From Piromyces finnis finn (taxonomy: Eukaryota > Fungi > Neocallimastigomycota): a stretch of DNA of 64,000 nucleotides. Under the pieces are notes generated by a model, which did no database searches, had not been told where the DNA came from, and was given only the letters and a program-made list of their open reading frames with translations. Positions 39,382 to 52,200 of this stretch are shown here, piece by piece; the stretch's first letter is position 1; the number at the start of each line of letters is the position of its first letter. The translations under genes were made by a program, and so were the position numbers. The DNA lies in assembly GCA_002104945.1 (NCBI GenBank), contig MCFH01000074.1, positions 62,001-126,000 of the forward strand. Direction: 5' to 3'.

Positions 39382-40416
39382 CATAATAAAAGTACAGATT
39401 TTATACAAAAAAAAAAAAAAGTTTAAAAAAAAAAAAAAATTAAAATAGTAAATTTTAAATTAAAACGAAATTTAATTTAAAATCAACAACTATATTGATT
39501 TTATTTCTGATACAAACTTAATAAAAAAAATTATTGTATAGTTACCTAATAGAGTCATTTTCTACATTTTTTTGAATTTGAATATCGAATTGCCATCTTT
39601 CCATGACTTCTCTAGTTTCTTTTGATAATATAACCAGTACTAGTCTTTTAATGGATTGACTTCCAATCCATTCTTTTTTTTTTTAAAAAAAAATAATAAT
39701 TATTTCATAGAAAATTTTTAAATTAAATGTGAATAAATTGTTGAAATGTAAAAATTAATAAGCACAGAAATATATTATTTTAAACAGTTGTACAATTTTA
39801 TATATATATATATAAATTATCATTATTAATATTATTATTAATTTAAATTACTTTTGACTTGTTCCATGATTTCTGAAATGTATGCTTGTACTCTATCATC
39901 ACTTGTTACAAGCAAATTTAAATTGTATTTTTTAACCATTTTAAAATCTTCTGGTTCTATTGATAAGAAAAGAAAAAAAAAGAAAAACAACATTTAATAA
40001 TTATAATGGTTATTGTAAACATGAAAGAAATCATTACTAATAAAAATGTTTATTCCTTATTATTCAAATCAAATTACCATAAATTCCACGTTGAAATAAA
40101 ATACTACATTTTTATTTTTATTAGATAGATAGTGATAGTTATAATTTAATAAGATATAGAGAGTGTGTAAGTATATATGAAAAGGAAATAAATATATAAA
40201 TAAAAAAGAAATTATCCTACCTATTAATACAATATTCTTTTAATAGTAATTGAAATTTTTTTTATAGAAAATGTTTATAAATTTGGTATTGAAAATCAAT
40301 AAAGATTTTATTTTTTATTTATTTATTTATTATTATTATTAGTATTATTTTTTACCAAAGAATTCTGCTACAATATCAGAAGAACCACATAATGTAATAT
40401 TTTTTCTTGAGGTCAT
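38565..40416 (-). CDS. MAD2: Spindle assembly checkpoint HORMA protein MAD2; 7 exons (40416-40356, 40236-40221, 40103-40078, 39956-39852, 39672-39546, 39094-39000, 38737-38565), 200 aa
   Basis: All introns are GT-AG with consistent phases. The spliced product contains ITLCGSSDIVAEFF, INSILFQRGIY, ERWQFDI, QAILRQLTASISFLP and VKLRSFST, matching the known MAD2 pattern. Confidence 0.95.
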
Positions 40417-41428
40417 GTTATATTGATTATTTATTTAATTGTGTTAGTGTAGGTATGCTTGTACTTTTTTTTTTTTTCAAAAATTATTAAATTTCATAAA
40501 TTCTTTCTTTCTTTCTTTCTTAGCAATACATTTATTATTATTTAATCTTTTTTTTTTATAATATCTTTTCTTCTTCTTCTTCTTCTTATTATTATTATTA
40601 TTATTGCGAATTCCAAAGTAATACAACGAAACAAGACAATAAAATTAAAAATTATTAATTTTTAATTTGGTATAATTATCATTTAAAAAAAAATTTTTTT
40701 TTTTTTTTTTACAATTTAAGGAGGATGTCACCATTAAAAAAAAAATTTTTTTTTTTTTTTTTTAATTTTATAATTTAATTTTTTAAGAAAAATAGTGCAA
40801 ATTTCAAAAAAAAAAAGTTTTTATTTTAACTAATAAAAAAATTAATGGAAATACTACCACTACTACTACCACCACCACCACCACCACTACTAATAATAAT
40901 AATAATAAAAAAGAAATTGTACTAAATTTTAAAATATAAAAATTCAAAGAAAACTAATAAACTACAGATTGTTAACCTTTGCTTTTTATTATCTACTTTT
41001 ACAATAATGAATTTAATTTTTTTTTTTTTTTTTATTTTTAAAAAAGTTAAAATATTACTGTTAAAAAAGCCTTTTTTTTTTTTGTTAATTTTATGTATTT
41101 GTTTTTTCTTTAAACTATAGATATCCATTTTTTTTTTTTTTTGCTAACAAGCTAAAGAAATGAAAAGAAGAAGAAAAAGAATGCATTATAAAACATTAAT
41201 ATTATAAAAATACTATTGATATTCTTTTTTTTTTTTTTTTTTTTTTTTTTTTATTTGTTTATTTAAAAGATATTTTTTATCGTCTCTTTTTTGTTTTAAT
41301 TGTAATTTTTTTATTTATTTATTTATTATATTTATTTATTTTTTTAAAAAATAAAAAAAAGAAAAAAGAAAAATAAGGATTTGTTATTTCAAATTACTAC
41401 TTTTATTTTTCTTCCTTTTTTTTTTTTT

Positions 41429-42406
41429 TTAAAAGAAATAATCATCATTCATGGTATATTCTTTAAATGGTTTCTTTTTACCATCTACATCTTTAGCAAT
41501 TCTTCCTTTAATACCACGATAATTGGCTCTTTCATGTTTCTTCCAATAATCCTTTAGAATATCATAGGTGGCATAGGTAATAAAACCAAATAGGAAGGAA
41601 GCAATACGTCCAGCAACACCGACATGTCTTTCTTCACCATATAATCTTCTAGAAGTTTTAACATGAGGTTCTAAAACTAAAGTGGCAATTTCTGTAGCCA
41701 TAATACCTAAACGACCAACAATATGATAATGGCCATTAGAACGTTTTAATCCCATTGCATCATTCCAAGCATCCGATATTTCCGTTCCACTTTCTCTATA
41801 AAGTTTATAGGCATCAACACCAATGATAGCACATACAGCAGCATCTAAACCACATACAGAAAAGACAGTAGAAGAAATATTGGTATTTGGTTTAATGGTA
41901 CGTGCAACATAATTTACAAGTTCTGGATTGGCTATTTTATTATAAAACCAATTCCACATGTTTTGGGTATTTTTAATGGTAGGCATTGGATTATTATAGA
42001 CATCCAAACCAGTTTTACCAACAATGGCTAAAGTATTACCACGGAACTTGCAACGATCCAATATATCTACAGTGATACCAACTAAACCTCCAGATACTAA
42101 CATATTAATAGTACCAAAGAAACCTAAATTTGCAGAAAGAGCGCTAGAGGTAAAACACAATATATTTGCTTTAAAATGATGTATATCCATATGATGGAAC
42201 ATGTGTGCTACTATTGACTGGAGAGTAGAACAAAAATGAAAACGAGGAGCGCGATAGATGACATGAAGGGAGGAGAAATACTTTAATAAATCAACTGGTG
42301 GTTTTCCTAAACCTAATCTATCATAATAAAGGGATACTAATGACGGTATACATGCTACAGTAGTACCAGCAATAGCAAGTTTTGTTCCTATAGAAAATTT
42401 ATCCAT
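41429..42406 (-). CDS. Rhomboid-family (PARL/Pcp1-like) membrane protein, predicted catalytically inactive
   Basis: HxxxxHxxxN motif (HMDIHHFKAN); GLDAAV where GASGAV is expected; VAGRIASFLFG where HAAHLGGALFG is expected. Family assignment is by eye. Confidence 0.6.
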   Translation of the reverse strand: MDKFSIGTKLAIAGTTVACIPSLVSLYYDRLGLGKPPVDLLKYFSSLHVIYRAPRFHFCSTLQSIVAHMFHHMDIHHFKANILCFTSSALSANLGFFGTINMLVSGGLVGITVDILDRCKFRGNTLAIVGKTGLDVYNNPMPTIKNTQNMWNWFYNKIANPELVNYVARTIKPNTNISSTVFSVCGLDAAVCAIIGVDAYKLYRESGTEISDAWNDAMGLKRSNGHYHIVGRLGIMATEIATLVLEPHVKTSRRLYGEERHVGVAGRIASFLFGFITYATYDILKDYWKKHERANYRGIKGRIAKDVDGKKKPFKEYTMNDDYFF

Positions 42407-42808
42407 GGTATTTTTATTTCTTTGTTATTTTTTTTTTTTTTTGTTATGAAATTTATATTACAGATATTAAAAAAGATAACAAGGTAGTGTGTAAAATATA
42501 TATAAAAGAATATAAAAGGGTGATATATAATAAATAAATATTTATATATATGGTGTTGAATTTTTTTTTTTTTTTTTTGTGTGTGTGTGTAGTTGGTTTG
42601 CTGATTGACTTGAATAATTTATTTTTAGTTAAATTAAATTGCCAAAAAATAACAATTAACAAATTATAATTGTCAATAATTTATTAAATTAACAATTGAT
42701 ATATAGATAGATGTTTGTTTTTTTTTTTCTCTTTTAATTAAAATAATATTATATTTAAATAATTAAATATTATTTATTTAATTATTATTATAGTTAGAGC
42801 TAAAATTC

Positions 42809-42843
<35 letters not shown>

Positions 42844-44527
42844 TATTAGTGTATACTTTTTTTTTTTTTCAAGATTTTAAAAAAATTTAGGAAATTCTTA
42901 TAATAATAGTTTTTTTTTTTTTTTTTTTTGACTTTTGTAAGAATTATAATTTTATTATTTTTCCTTTCTTTATTATTGTGAAAAAGTATGTAAATATAAT
43001 TCGTCTATAAATATAAATTTTCAATCATTTTTATTAACTTAATTCGTTTGTTATATTTCTGTAGTATGGGTAAAAATGGATATATTTTTATGTAAATAAA
43101 ACTAGTAATGAATGAAATATTTTCTACCCTTAATTGATTATTAAATTTGTTTAAATGATGGATAACTTTTTTATGATTTTTATAATTATTATTGTTATAT
43201 TTATATATTGAAATGTTATATACATAAAAAGTTAGTAGGATGATTTTTTAAAGATTTAAAAATTTATTAAAATTATTCAACATTTACTTTTTTTTTATTT
43301 TTTATAATTCTTTCGAATTTAACAATTTACAAATAACACACAAACAGTATAAAGAAAGATGTGATGTATCACTTTATTTTTTTTTTTTGCTTTTTAATAA
43401 TAATAAAAAATAAAAAAAAAAAAAAAAAAGGGAGAAAGAATTTTAAATTCTAAAAAAAAAAATTCTTATTGATTTATGGCGTATTAAATTATTATAAAAA
43501 TGCGCCACAAATTAAAAATTTTAATGATGATTCATCAAATACAATAATTAAAATTGATGCTTTTTGATGCTCTTGGTCCTTTCATTATTTTTTAAAGTAG
43601 AAAAAAAAGAAAAACTCGGGTTTATACATATATATTTATCATCAAGTTATAACATTACATTATTTATTAAATTAATTATTGTGATTTTTTGATCTTTTTC
43701 TATAACTATAAATTATCCTTACTTTTAATATAATTACACTCTTAATAAAAAGGGTAAAGCGTAGTGTTTATATAAAAAACATATAAAGAAAAATATTGCA
43801 GACACCTTTAGGAGCTAACACAAATTTAAAAAAAAGTAATAATCAATTTTCTTAAAAAAACTAAAATAGGAATAATACTCTTGAATAATTTAAGATATGG
43901 ATAATGGAAATAAGCTTTTTTTTTTTTTAAATATGAATTTTTATTTTACACTAATCCTTTTTTTTTTAATTTTAAAAAGTAAATAAAACTATATCATGCG
44001 ATAATAATAATAAAAATAAAAATAAAAATGTGATATTGATAGATAAAAAAAAGAAAAATATTGCTTGTATATTTATTATTGTTTTTTAAAAAAAAATAAC
44101 AATAATCTATTATTGAATGGTTAAACTATAAAATATAATAAAGTAAAAATGAAAAAAAAAAAAAATATTTGTATATAATATGTATAATATTCTTTCTCAA
44201 CAAAATAAAGAATACTCTTTTTTTTTTTTTTAAAAAATATCCAAAATAATATTTACTTTTCTCTAAAAAGTATTTTTTATGGTGAATTAATTACTTTTAA
44301 TCTTAATATATGAACAACGTGAATTGATTAATTATTTTGATCTTAATATATGAACAATGAGATAATATAAAATGTTTTTTTTTTTTTTTTGTGAACTATA
44401 ACAATAATAATTGTTTTTAATAATGTAATATTCAATTTAAAAATATCTTATATATATAATTGTGATGATGATGATGATGTTATTGCTTTTTAATTTTTTT
44501 AAATTACAAGAGAAATAATTGCATGTT

Positions 44528-44566
<39 letters not shown>

Positions 44567-44637
44567 TTACATCATTAATAGATTACTTTTTTTTTAGATA
44601 AGAAATGAAATAATGGTTGTTGTTGAAGTTTTTTCTA

Positions 44638-45741
44638 CTACATCATTAACTTTTTCTTCATCATATCAGATGTTTCGTAATCATACTCATCAATATCTTC
44701 TAATTCAACATAATCTTTGGTATTATCTTTTAAAAAGGCTTCTTCCATTTCGTATTTAACCTTAAGATCCTTTCTAACTCTTCTATTAGACTTGTTTCTC
44801 ATGCAATGTTTAACAATAAAGAAAATGACAGTACCAGCAATAACAATACCAATTAATTCAAGAATAAAATTTATAAATTTACTGAATAAATTGGTACTTT
44901 CTTTTTCTTGTTTGAGGGCACAAATATGTTGTCCATCCATTTTAATACAAGAATGATTAGCACATGCACTATTTTTTTTACAAATTTCTTGTTCAACAAA
45001 TTTACAAGTTAACTTATCCCTTGCAAAATCGTCGCCTTCCTTAACACTTGGGAAGTAACTTGAATCATTAGTACAGATATGAAGTGGTTTATCATTAGTA
45101 ATACATACACCATTCTCACAACGACCAGAAGAACATTCTTCAGCCTTTGAACATTCACGAGTGAAACAATTACCATTCTTGGCTTCTTTTTCATTACATG
45201 ATTCTAAAATAATTTGTGGTTTAATATCGGTAGCAAAATAGGATCTACCGGTATTCACATCTTGATAATTAACTAATAAAGCATTTTTTTCTTGGTAAAT
45301 TTCATAAATACATTTTTCATTTGAACGACAAAATAATTTTGATAAACAATAACCATCCTTATCTTTATTTGGTTTATAACATGAAGTTTCGTATTCTTTT
45401 TTACAATCGCTATCACTTTTACAAGTATTACTATAAATATTTAATAAATTGAATATCGAAATTAAATTAGTTTTTATTTATTGTTAAAAAAATAAAATTT
45501 AAAAATTATTCTTTTTCTATTATTAATATTTTTTTTTTTAAAAGAAAAGGGTATATAATATGTTTTTTTCTATTTTAAATTAAAAATATCCATATTAAAT
45601 ATTTCTTTTTTTTTATTTTTATAAAAAGAATACTTACACTTTGAATTCCTTAATTTTTTCTAAAGTAATATCCATTCTTTGAGCGAAGCATTGTGCAACG
45701 TATAAAGTAACAAATAAAGTAAAAAAGTTTAATAACTTCAT
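44638..45741 (-). CDS. Cys-rich type I membrane protein, 2 exons (45741-45638, 45430-44638), 298 aa
   Basis: Exon 1 encodes signal peptide MKLLNFFTLFVTLYVAQCFA; the GTAAGT...TAG intron is in phase; Cys-rich ectodomain; TM segment (ILELIGIVIAGTVIFFIV); basic/acidic cytoplasmic tail. Confidence 0.85.
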
Positions 45742-46899
45742 TTTTTTTTTTTTTACTTTTTTAAAACTAGGATAAAGTTGAATAATATGAATAAATTGTT
45801 ATTTAATAAAAATTATCAATTCTTTGAGTACTTGAATAATAAATTTGACCTTTTTTTTTTATTCAATTTATAATTAAAATCTGTAATGTTAAAAAGATGA
45901 AAAGTAGTGATTTAGAAAATAAAAAATAAAAAAAAAAAGTTTTTTTTTTTTTCTTTTAATTTATAGCCATTCATTAATAAATAAATTAATAAATAAATTA
46001 ATAATATATATGATCCATATATTAATTTAATAATATATTATAATATACGATTAATTAAAATTAAAAACATCAAAAGAAATAAAGAATTTAAAAGATATGA
46101 AAATAGAAAAAAAAATGTACAATAAAATTTTATAAAATTTATAATATAAAAAAGTCTAATAAAATTTAAAGAATTAAAAAAAAAAAAAAAAGAAAAATAA
46201 AAGCAAAAAAACAATAATTTATTATAATTTTTTAAAATTTATTTTTTATTCTTTTTAAAAACTTTTTCTTTTTTTTTTTTTTTTATAATAAAGGTTTTAG
46301 CCATTTTTTTTTATTTTTCAAGTGTTACTTTTTTATCAATTGTTACACAAACTAAATATTTTCTATTTGTAATGTTACACTATTTTCTACCAATAGAATT
46401 GCAAATAATACTTTAATTTGTAAAGCTCATTATGGTATAATGTTTATACCATAATTATACCAAAATATTATATGAAGTATTGTTATTTAAACTTGTAGTA
46501 TTAAATAATAGAAATAGAAAGAAATTGTAATAATACCAAAATATAAGGCAATATTTATAAACTATAAAAATAAAATGATATTTAAGAGGTAAAATATATG
46601 AATGATTTTTGATACATTATCATCTTATACTAAATACATTATTTTAATGTAATCAACATTGTAATAAATAAATTGTTACACAATGTATAATCTACTACAT
46701 AAAATTTTTTTAAAGTTTCACTATGAAAATGTCATAAATATAGTATGTATGTGGCGTAGTTATTGGTTTTGCTTTATGTATTATATAAATATTTTTAAAG
46801 AATCATTATTTAATCAAAAAAAAAAAAAGTATTAAATATTATAATTAGCTATTATTGTGAAAAAAAAATGTTATTTATATTAATACTAACTTTTACAAA

Positions 46900-47220
46900 T
46901 TTATTGAAATTCTAAATGAAAATGGAACGAATATAAAATATATTGTATCAACTTGTACATATGATAATGTTATATATAAAATTAAATGTAAAAGAAAAAT
47001 AATGTTTAAATGGTGAATGTGTATATCACTTTAATGAAATTCAGACTTCGAATGTTTTATTTAATAAACGTTTTAATTATTTATTTATTGTATTTTTAAT
47101 GATGAAATTCCAAGAGTCTATTGTGATGATATTTATCCACTTTTTAAAAGTTCATGTATGCATTGTGGCAAAGTATATCAAGGTACATGAAAAATGAATG
47201 ATGAATGTTTTTTTTTTTTA
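46900..47220 (+). pseudogene. Relic of a Cys-rich protein gene resembling the neighbouring gene's family
   Basis: Broken frames give YIVSTCTYDNV, CLNGECV, CDDIYP and SSCMHCGKVYQGT; boundaries approximate. Confidence 0.4.
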
Positions 47221-47545
47221 AAAAAAAACTATACATTGATGGAACCTGTATATTGTAAATAGATGGTCCTTTTAATACTGAGGGTTTAGGTCCCGAATTA
47301 TAACATTTATTTTTTTTTTGTTTATATTTATAAATAGAGATAAATAGTTAAATTTAAATAATACTAAAATTGAGTTTAATGTGATCAGGATAAGGGACTT
47401 TTAAAGAGAAGAATATAATTTCATTAAGGTACGATTTTTATTTATAAAATAGAATAAACTATTTGCTTCTTTTACCTATTGTTTATGAATAAGATAATAT
47501 AAAATTGTTTTTATCTACTCTCAATGCTTTTTAAAAAAAAATACT

Positions 47546-48295
47546 TGTAAAAATATAATATATATCTTTAGATTATTTAATAATTAATTATTAATTATTA
47601 AATAATAAATTAATATTTAATAAAATTAATTATAAAATTTTTGAATAAATTTAATGGAATAATTTAATAATAAATTATTTTATAATAATTCCGTTAAATT
47701 TAAATTAAGATAAATATTTAAATTTAAGGAATAAAAGAATTTTAATTAAATTTAAATATTTCAAATATTTTAAATAATTAAAATACTTTTTTAAATACTT
47801 TTTATTTAATTTTAGAATAGATTATACTTTTTTATTTAAATTTAGAATAGTTTAATAATTTTAACTTAGTTTTAAAAATAGATTTGTTTATATTTCAATA
47901 GGAAATATATTAAGAATAGTATTGATAATATTAAATTAATTTATAGATAATACATGGACTTTATTCAATTTTGAGTTTACTCAAATTGAATTAAAAGTAT
48001 AATGAATTAGTTTTAGTTTAGTTTTGTTATTTTATTATTTAGTTAGATTAGTTTTGTTTATTTTATATTAAATATATGTTTATTTAAATAGAATAATATA
48101 TTAGAATATAATTATGAAAAAATATAAATACATGTAATTTTTATTTGTTAAATCAATGTAATTGTTATTTTAAATTTTGATAATTAATAAAAATAATAAG
48201 GTGTGATAAAAAATATTCTTTTATTTTTTTTTCGTTTTCGTGTTTAGTTGTTTTATTGTTAAATATATAATCTTTTTTAAGATTAATATTTTACA
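47546..48295 (+). mobile_element. Solo type-B LTR (750 bp), TSD ATACT
   Basis: ATACT at 47541-47545 and 48296-48300. Confidence 0.9.
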
Positions 48296-48404
48296 ATACT
48301 TGTAGTATTTGTGGCATTTAATATAACGTTAATATTTATTAAAATGCACAAATGTAAAGATATTATCTGGATTTAAAATAAATTCAGATAATATCTATAT
48401 TAGC

Positions 48405-49296
48405 AATACTATTTATTATATATTTACTATTAAAAAATGCTAATTTAAAACTACGCTAGAGTTATTAAATTAATTTTAATTAAATAAAAACTTTTAAGAT
48501 TTAATTTAAATATTTAAAATATTTAAATTTAATTATCCATTAATTTATATATTTATCCAAATTTCATTTCTAACTTTGATATTTTAAAAATTAATCTTTA
48601 TTTAATTATTCCATAAAATTTATATAATAAAATTTATAAATAAATCTTCATTAAAATATCAAAATTATTATTTAATAATTATTAATTAATTATTAAATAA
48701 TTTAAAGATATATATTATATCTTTACAATCTCGCCCTTTAAAGTCGAGCTCCTGCGAGATCATTTCTTTGAAGGAATATCAATTACAAATGGTTGATATC
48801 TATGTTTGATCATACCATTGTTATTCCTTGTATAGACTTGATCTTGACTTTCTTTTCTAGACTTTTTATTTTTTCTATAAAATTCTTGGATCAATTGTAC
48901 ATCTGTAATTTGATCTTCCGGGATCCAAGTATTTTCGTCAAGATTTTTCCATGTCATCAAGAAAGATTTCTTTCCATGATAATTTCTTTCTTGAATAATC
49001 TTATCAGGAATCCTATCAATAGTATCAGTAGTTAACATTTTTTTCTTTTATTTATTACTGATCTATTTATAAATTCATTTTCGTTATAAGGTTCTAATAA
49101 CGAACATGAAAAACAGGGTAACTTTGGTAACTTTAATTCAAATGCTAAAGGACTTACTTTCTTGATTATTTCAAAAGGTCCAAGCATTTGATCAGCATAC
49201 TTTTTGTAAGTTTCTTTTGCTTGATCAAGATTTTCTTTTAAAAATTTATTGTTTTCATTAATATCCAAAATTCTTTGCTCAGCTTTATTTGGTCTA
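48405..49296 (-). mobile_element. 3' end of a gypsy element: deleted integrase tail, chromodomain (48760-49038), PPT AAAGGGCGAGAT (48728-48739), truncated type-A 3' LTR (48405-48727)
   Basis: FLMTWKNLDENTWIPEDQI chromodomain; purine tract abutting TGTAAAGATAT. Confidence 0.85.
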
Positions 49297-52200
49297 TTAG
49301 CTGAACTTTGGATGAAAACCATAATTAGCAAAGAATGGGGATTGATTTATAGATTGTTGTAAAGTATTATTATATGCAAATTCAGCAAATGGGATAAGAT
49401 CAACCCAGTTATTCTGCTTTTTATTTATAAAACAACGGAAATATTGTTCTAATATGCCGTTCACCCTCTCCGTTTGACCATCTGTCTGCGGATGGTTGGC
49501 AGTTGATAATGAATGATTGATATTAAGAAGGTCACAAAGTCTTGACCAAAAGTCAGAAGTAAATTGCGAGCCTCTATCAGAAATGATGGAATCAGGAAGA
49601 CCATGCAAACGGAAGACATTAGCAATAAAAGCATCAGCAGCAATCGAAGCAGTAGGAAGACAACGTAAAGGAATGGCGTGAGCAAATTTAGTAAATCTAT
49701 CGACAACAACCATGAGAGTTGTCATATCTCTGGACTTAGGAAGATCAACAATAAAATCAATAGAAATATCAGACCAGGGCCTACTGGGAGTGTCCAAAGG
49801 GGATAACAATCCATAAGGCTTATGTCTGGGGACTTTGGATTTGCAACAAGTCACGCAAGATTTGATAAAAGATTTAATGTCTGAATGAAACCTTGGCCAC
49901 CAAAAGTTTCTGGAGATCAGTTCAGTGGTTTTCTTAATACCGAAATGACCAGCAGCAACAGAATCATGATGAAGTTCCAAAACTCTTGTCCTAAGAGATT
50001 TAGGAACATAAATAAGGTTATTATATAACAAAAATCCTTCATTATCAATAATAACTTTATCAATATTTTTAATAGGTGCATTACATGCAGAACCATTCAT
50101 TTTAAATTGGACAATAGAATTATACAAATCGTCATTTTTAAGTTCTAATAAAATAGAATCGATTAACGGTTTGTTATCGCTATGATGAAACGAAATAGTA
50201 AGACAAGAAACATCAGAATTAATATTATTCTCTAAATGGTCACTTCTACGAGACAGGATATCAGGCTTACCGGATTTCTTTCCAGCTCTATAAATGAGTT
50301 TAAAATCAAATCTGGATAAGAACAAATTCCATCTAATTTGTCTCTGAGATAACATTTCAGGTTTTCTAGGAAATGTTAAATTCTTGTGATCGGTATAAAT
50401 TATGAACGGATGGCATGCACCTTCTAAATAATGACGCCATTCTTCAAGAGCAATTACAATAGCTAAAAGTTCCTTGTCATATATAGGATAGTTTCTTTGA
50501 CAACTCGTCAAACTTTTAGAAAGAAATGCAATAGGATGTAATTTGCCATCAAATTCTTGAGAGAGAATAGCACCGACAGCATAATTACTAGCATCAGTTT
50601 CTACAATAAATTGTTTATTACTATCCGCATGTTTCAGAATAGGAGCTGACGTGAACAGAGATTTTAATAAAATAAAAGCGTCCTGATCTTCTTTCACCCA
50701 GTTAAAAGCAACATTCTTTCTAGTGAGTTTGTGAAGAGGGTTTGCAATTTTAGCAAAGTCTTTAATAAAAATTCTGTAATAGTTGCATAAACCAATAAAA
50801 GACTGAACCTCTTTAACATTCTTGGGAACCGGCCAATCGAGAATTGCTTTAACTTTATTTTCATCCATTTGCAATCCATCCTTTGAAATGACATAACCAA
50901 GAAAAGTGGTTTTCTCAACATCAAACTCACATTTTTCTAATTTAACATAAAGATTATTTTCAAGTAGTTTCTTAAGTACCTTTTTAACATGCTCATGATG
51001 TTCTTCGATATTATTAGAATAAATAAGAATATCGTCAATATATGAGATAACAAAATCGTCTAAATAGTCACTAAGGACATCGTTAATGAAGTGTTGAAAA
51101 GTTGCAGGTGCATTCTTTAATCCAAAAGGCATAACCAGATATTCAAAATGACCATATCTAGTACGAAAAGCCGTTTTGTATTCGTCACCTTCTTTAATAC
51201 GAACAAGATTATAAGCGGATTTAAGGTCTAATTTAGTAAAAATCTTAGCATTTTTCACCCTATCCAAAAGGTCACTAATTAAAGGTAAAGGATATGAATT
51301 ACGAATGGTAATATCATTCAACTTTCTATAATCGATACAAAGTCTTAGGGAGCCATCCTTCTTTTTAACAAATAAAATTGGGGCACCAGCAGGAGACGAT
51401 GATTTCCTAATAAAACCTTTATTTAAATTATCATCAATATATTTTTTAAGTTCCTCTCTTTCAACTTCAGTTAATGGATACAAAGGTCCATAAAATAAAG
51501 TCGAATCATCTTTAAGTTTGATTTCACAATCATAAGATCTATGAGGAGGTAACACTTCACAATTTTTTTCATTAAACACTTCACTAAATTCTAAATATTG
51601 GGTTGGTACGGCGACCAATTTATCTTTATTAATATCTTTTCCATTATTATTATTATTACTACATGATTCGTTATCATTATTACATGTTTCATTAATTTTT
51701 GTTACAATACATTTAACTTTTTTATTAAAACTAATATATTCATCATCGCTATCATCTTCATCATTGATGGTTCTAACAAGGCGGCCTTTAACATATTCTT
51801 TTTCTTCATTGTTTGGGACAGAGGGATCTACTTTCGGCTTTTTGGTCAAGCTTCGGTCGAGAACATCATGATCTAACTGATCATTCTTTGACTTCTTTCT
51901 TGGTTTTCTCTTTCTTTTGCCTTTATTACAATGTCTGGCACAATAACCAGAACTAAAAGCGATTTTCTTAGAGTCGTAGAAAGCATTTGGATTATGCTTC
52001 TTTATCCACGGCAAACCAAGAATAACATCAACACCGGGGACTTGTAATCCATAAAGTTGAATTACTTCGAAGTGATTTTTGCATCGGAGCATGCACTTCT
52101 CAGTCCTTTCCCAAACACTAACAACTCCATCACTAACACCAGATACACGGAATGGTTCTACTTTTTCCAAATTAATACCAAGGTCTTCAGCAAGACTTGG

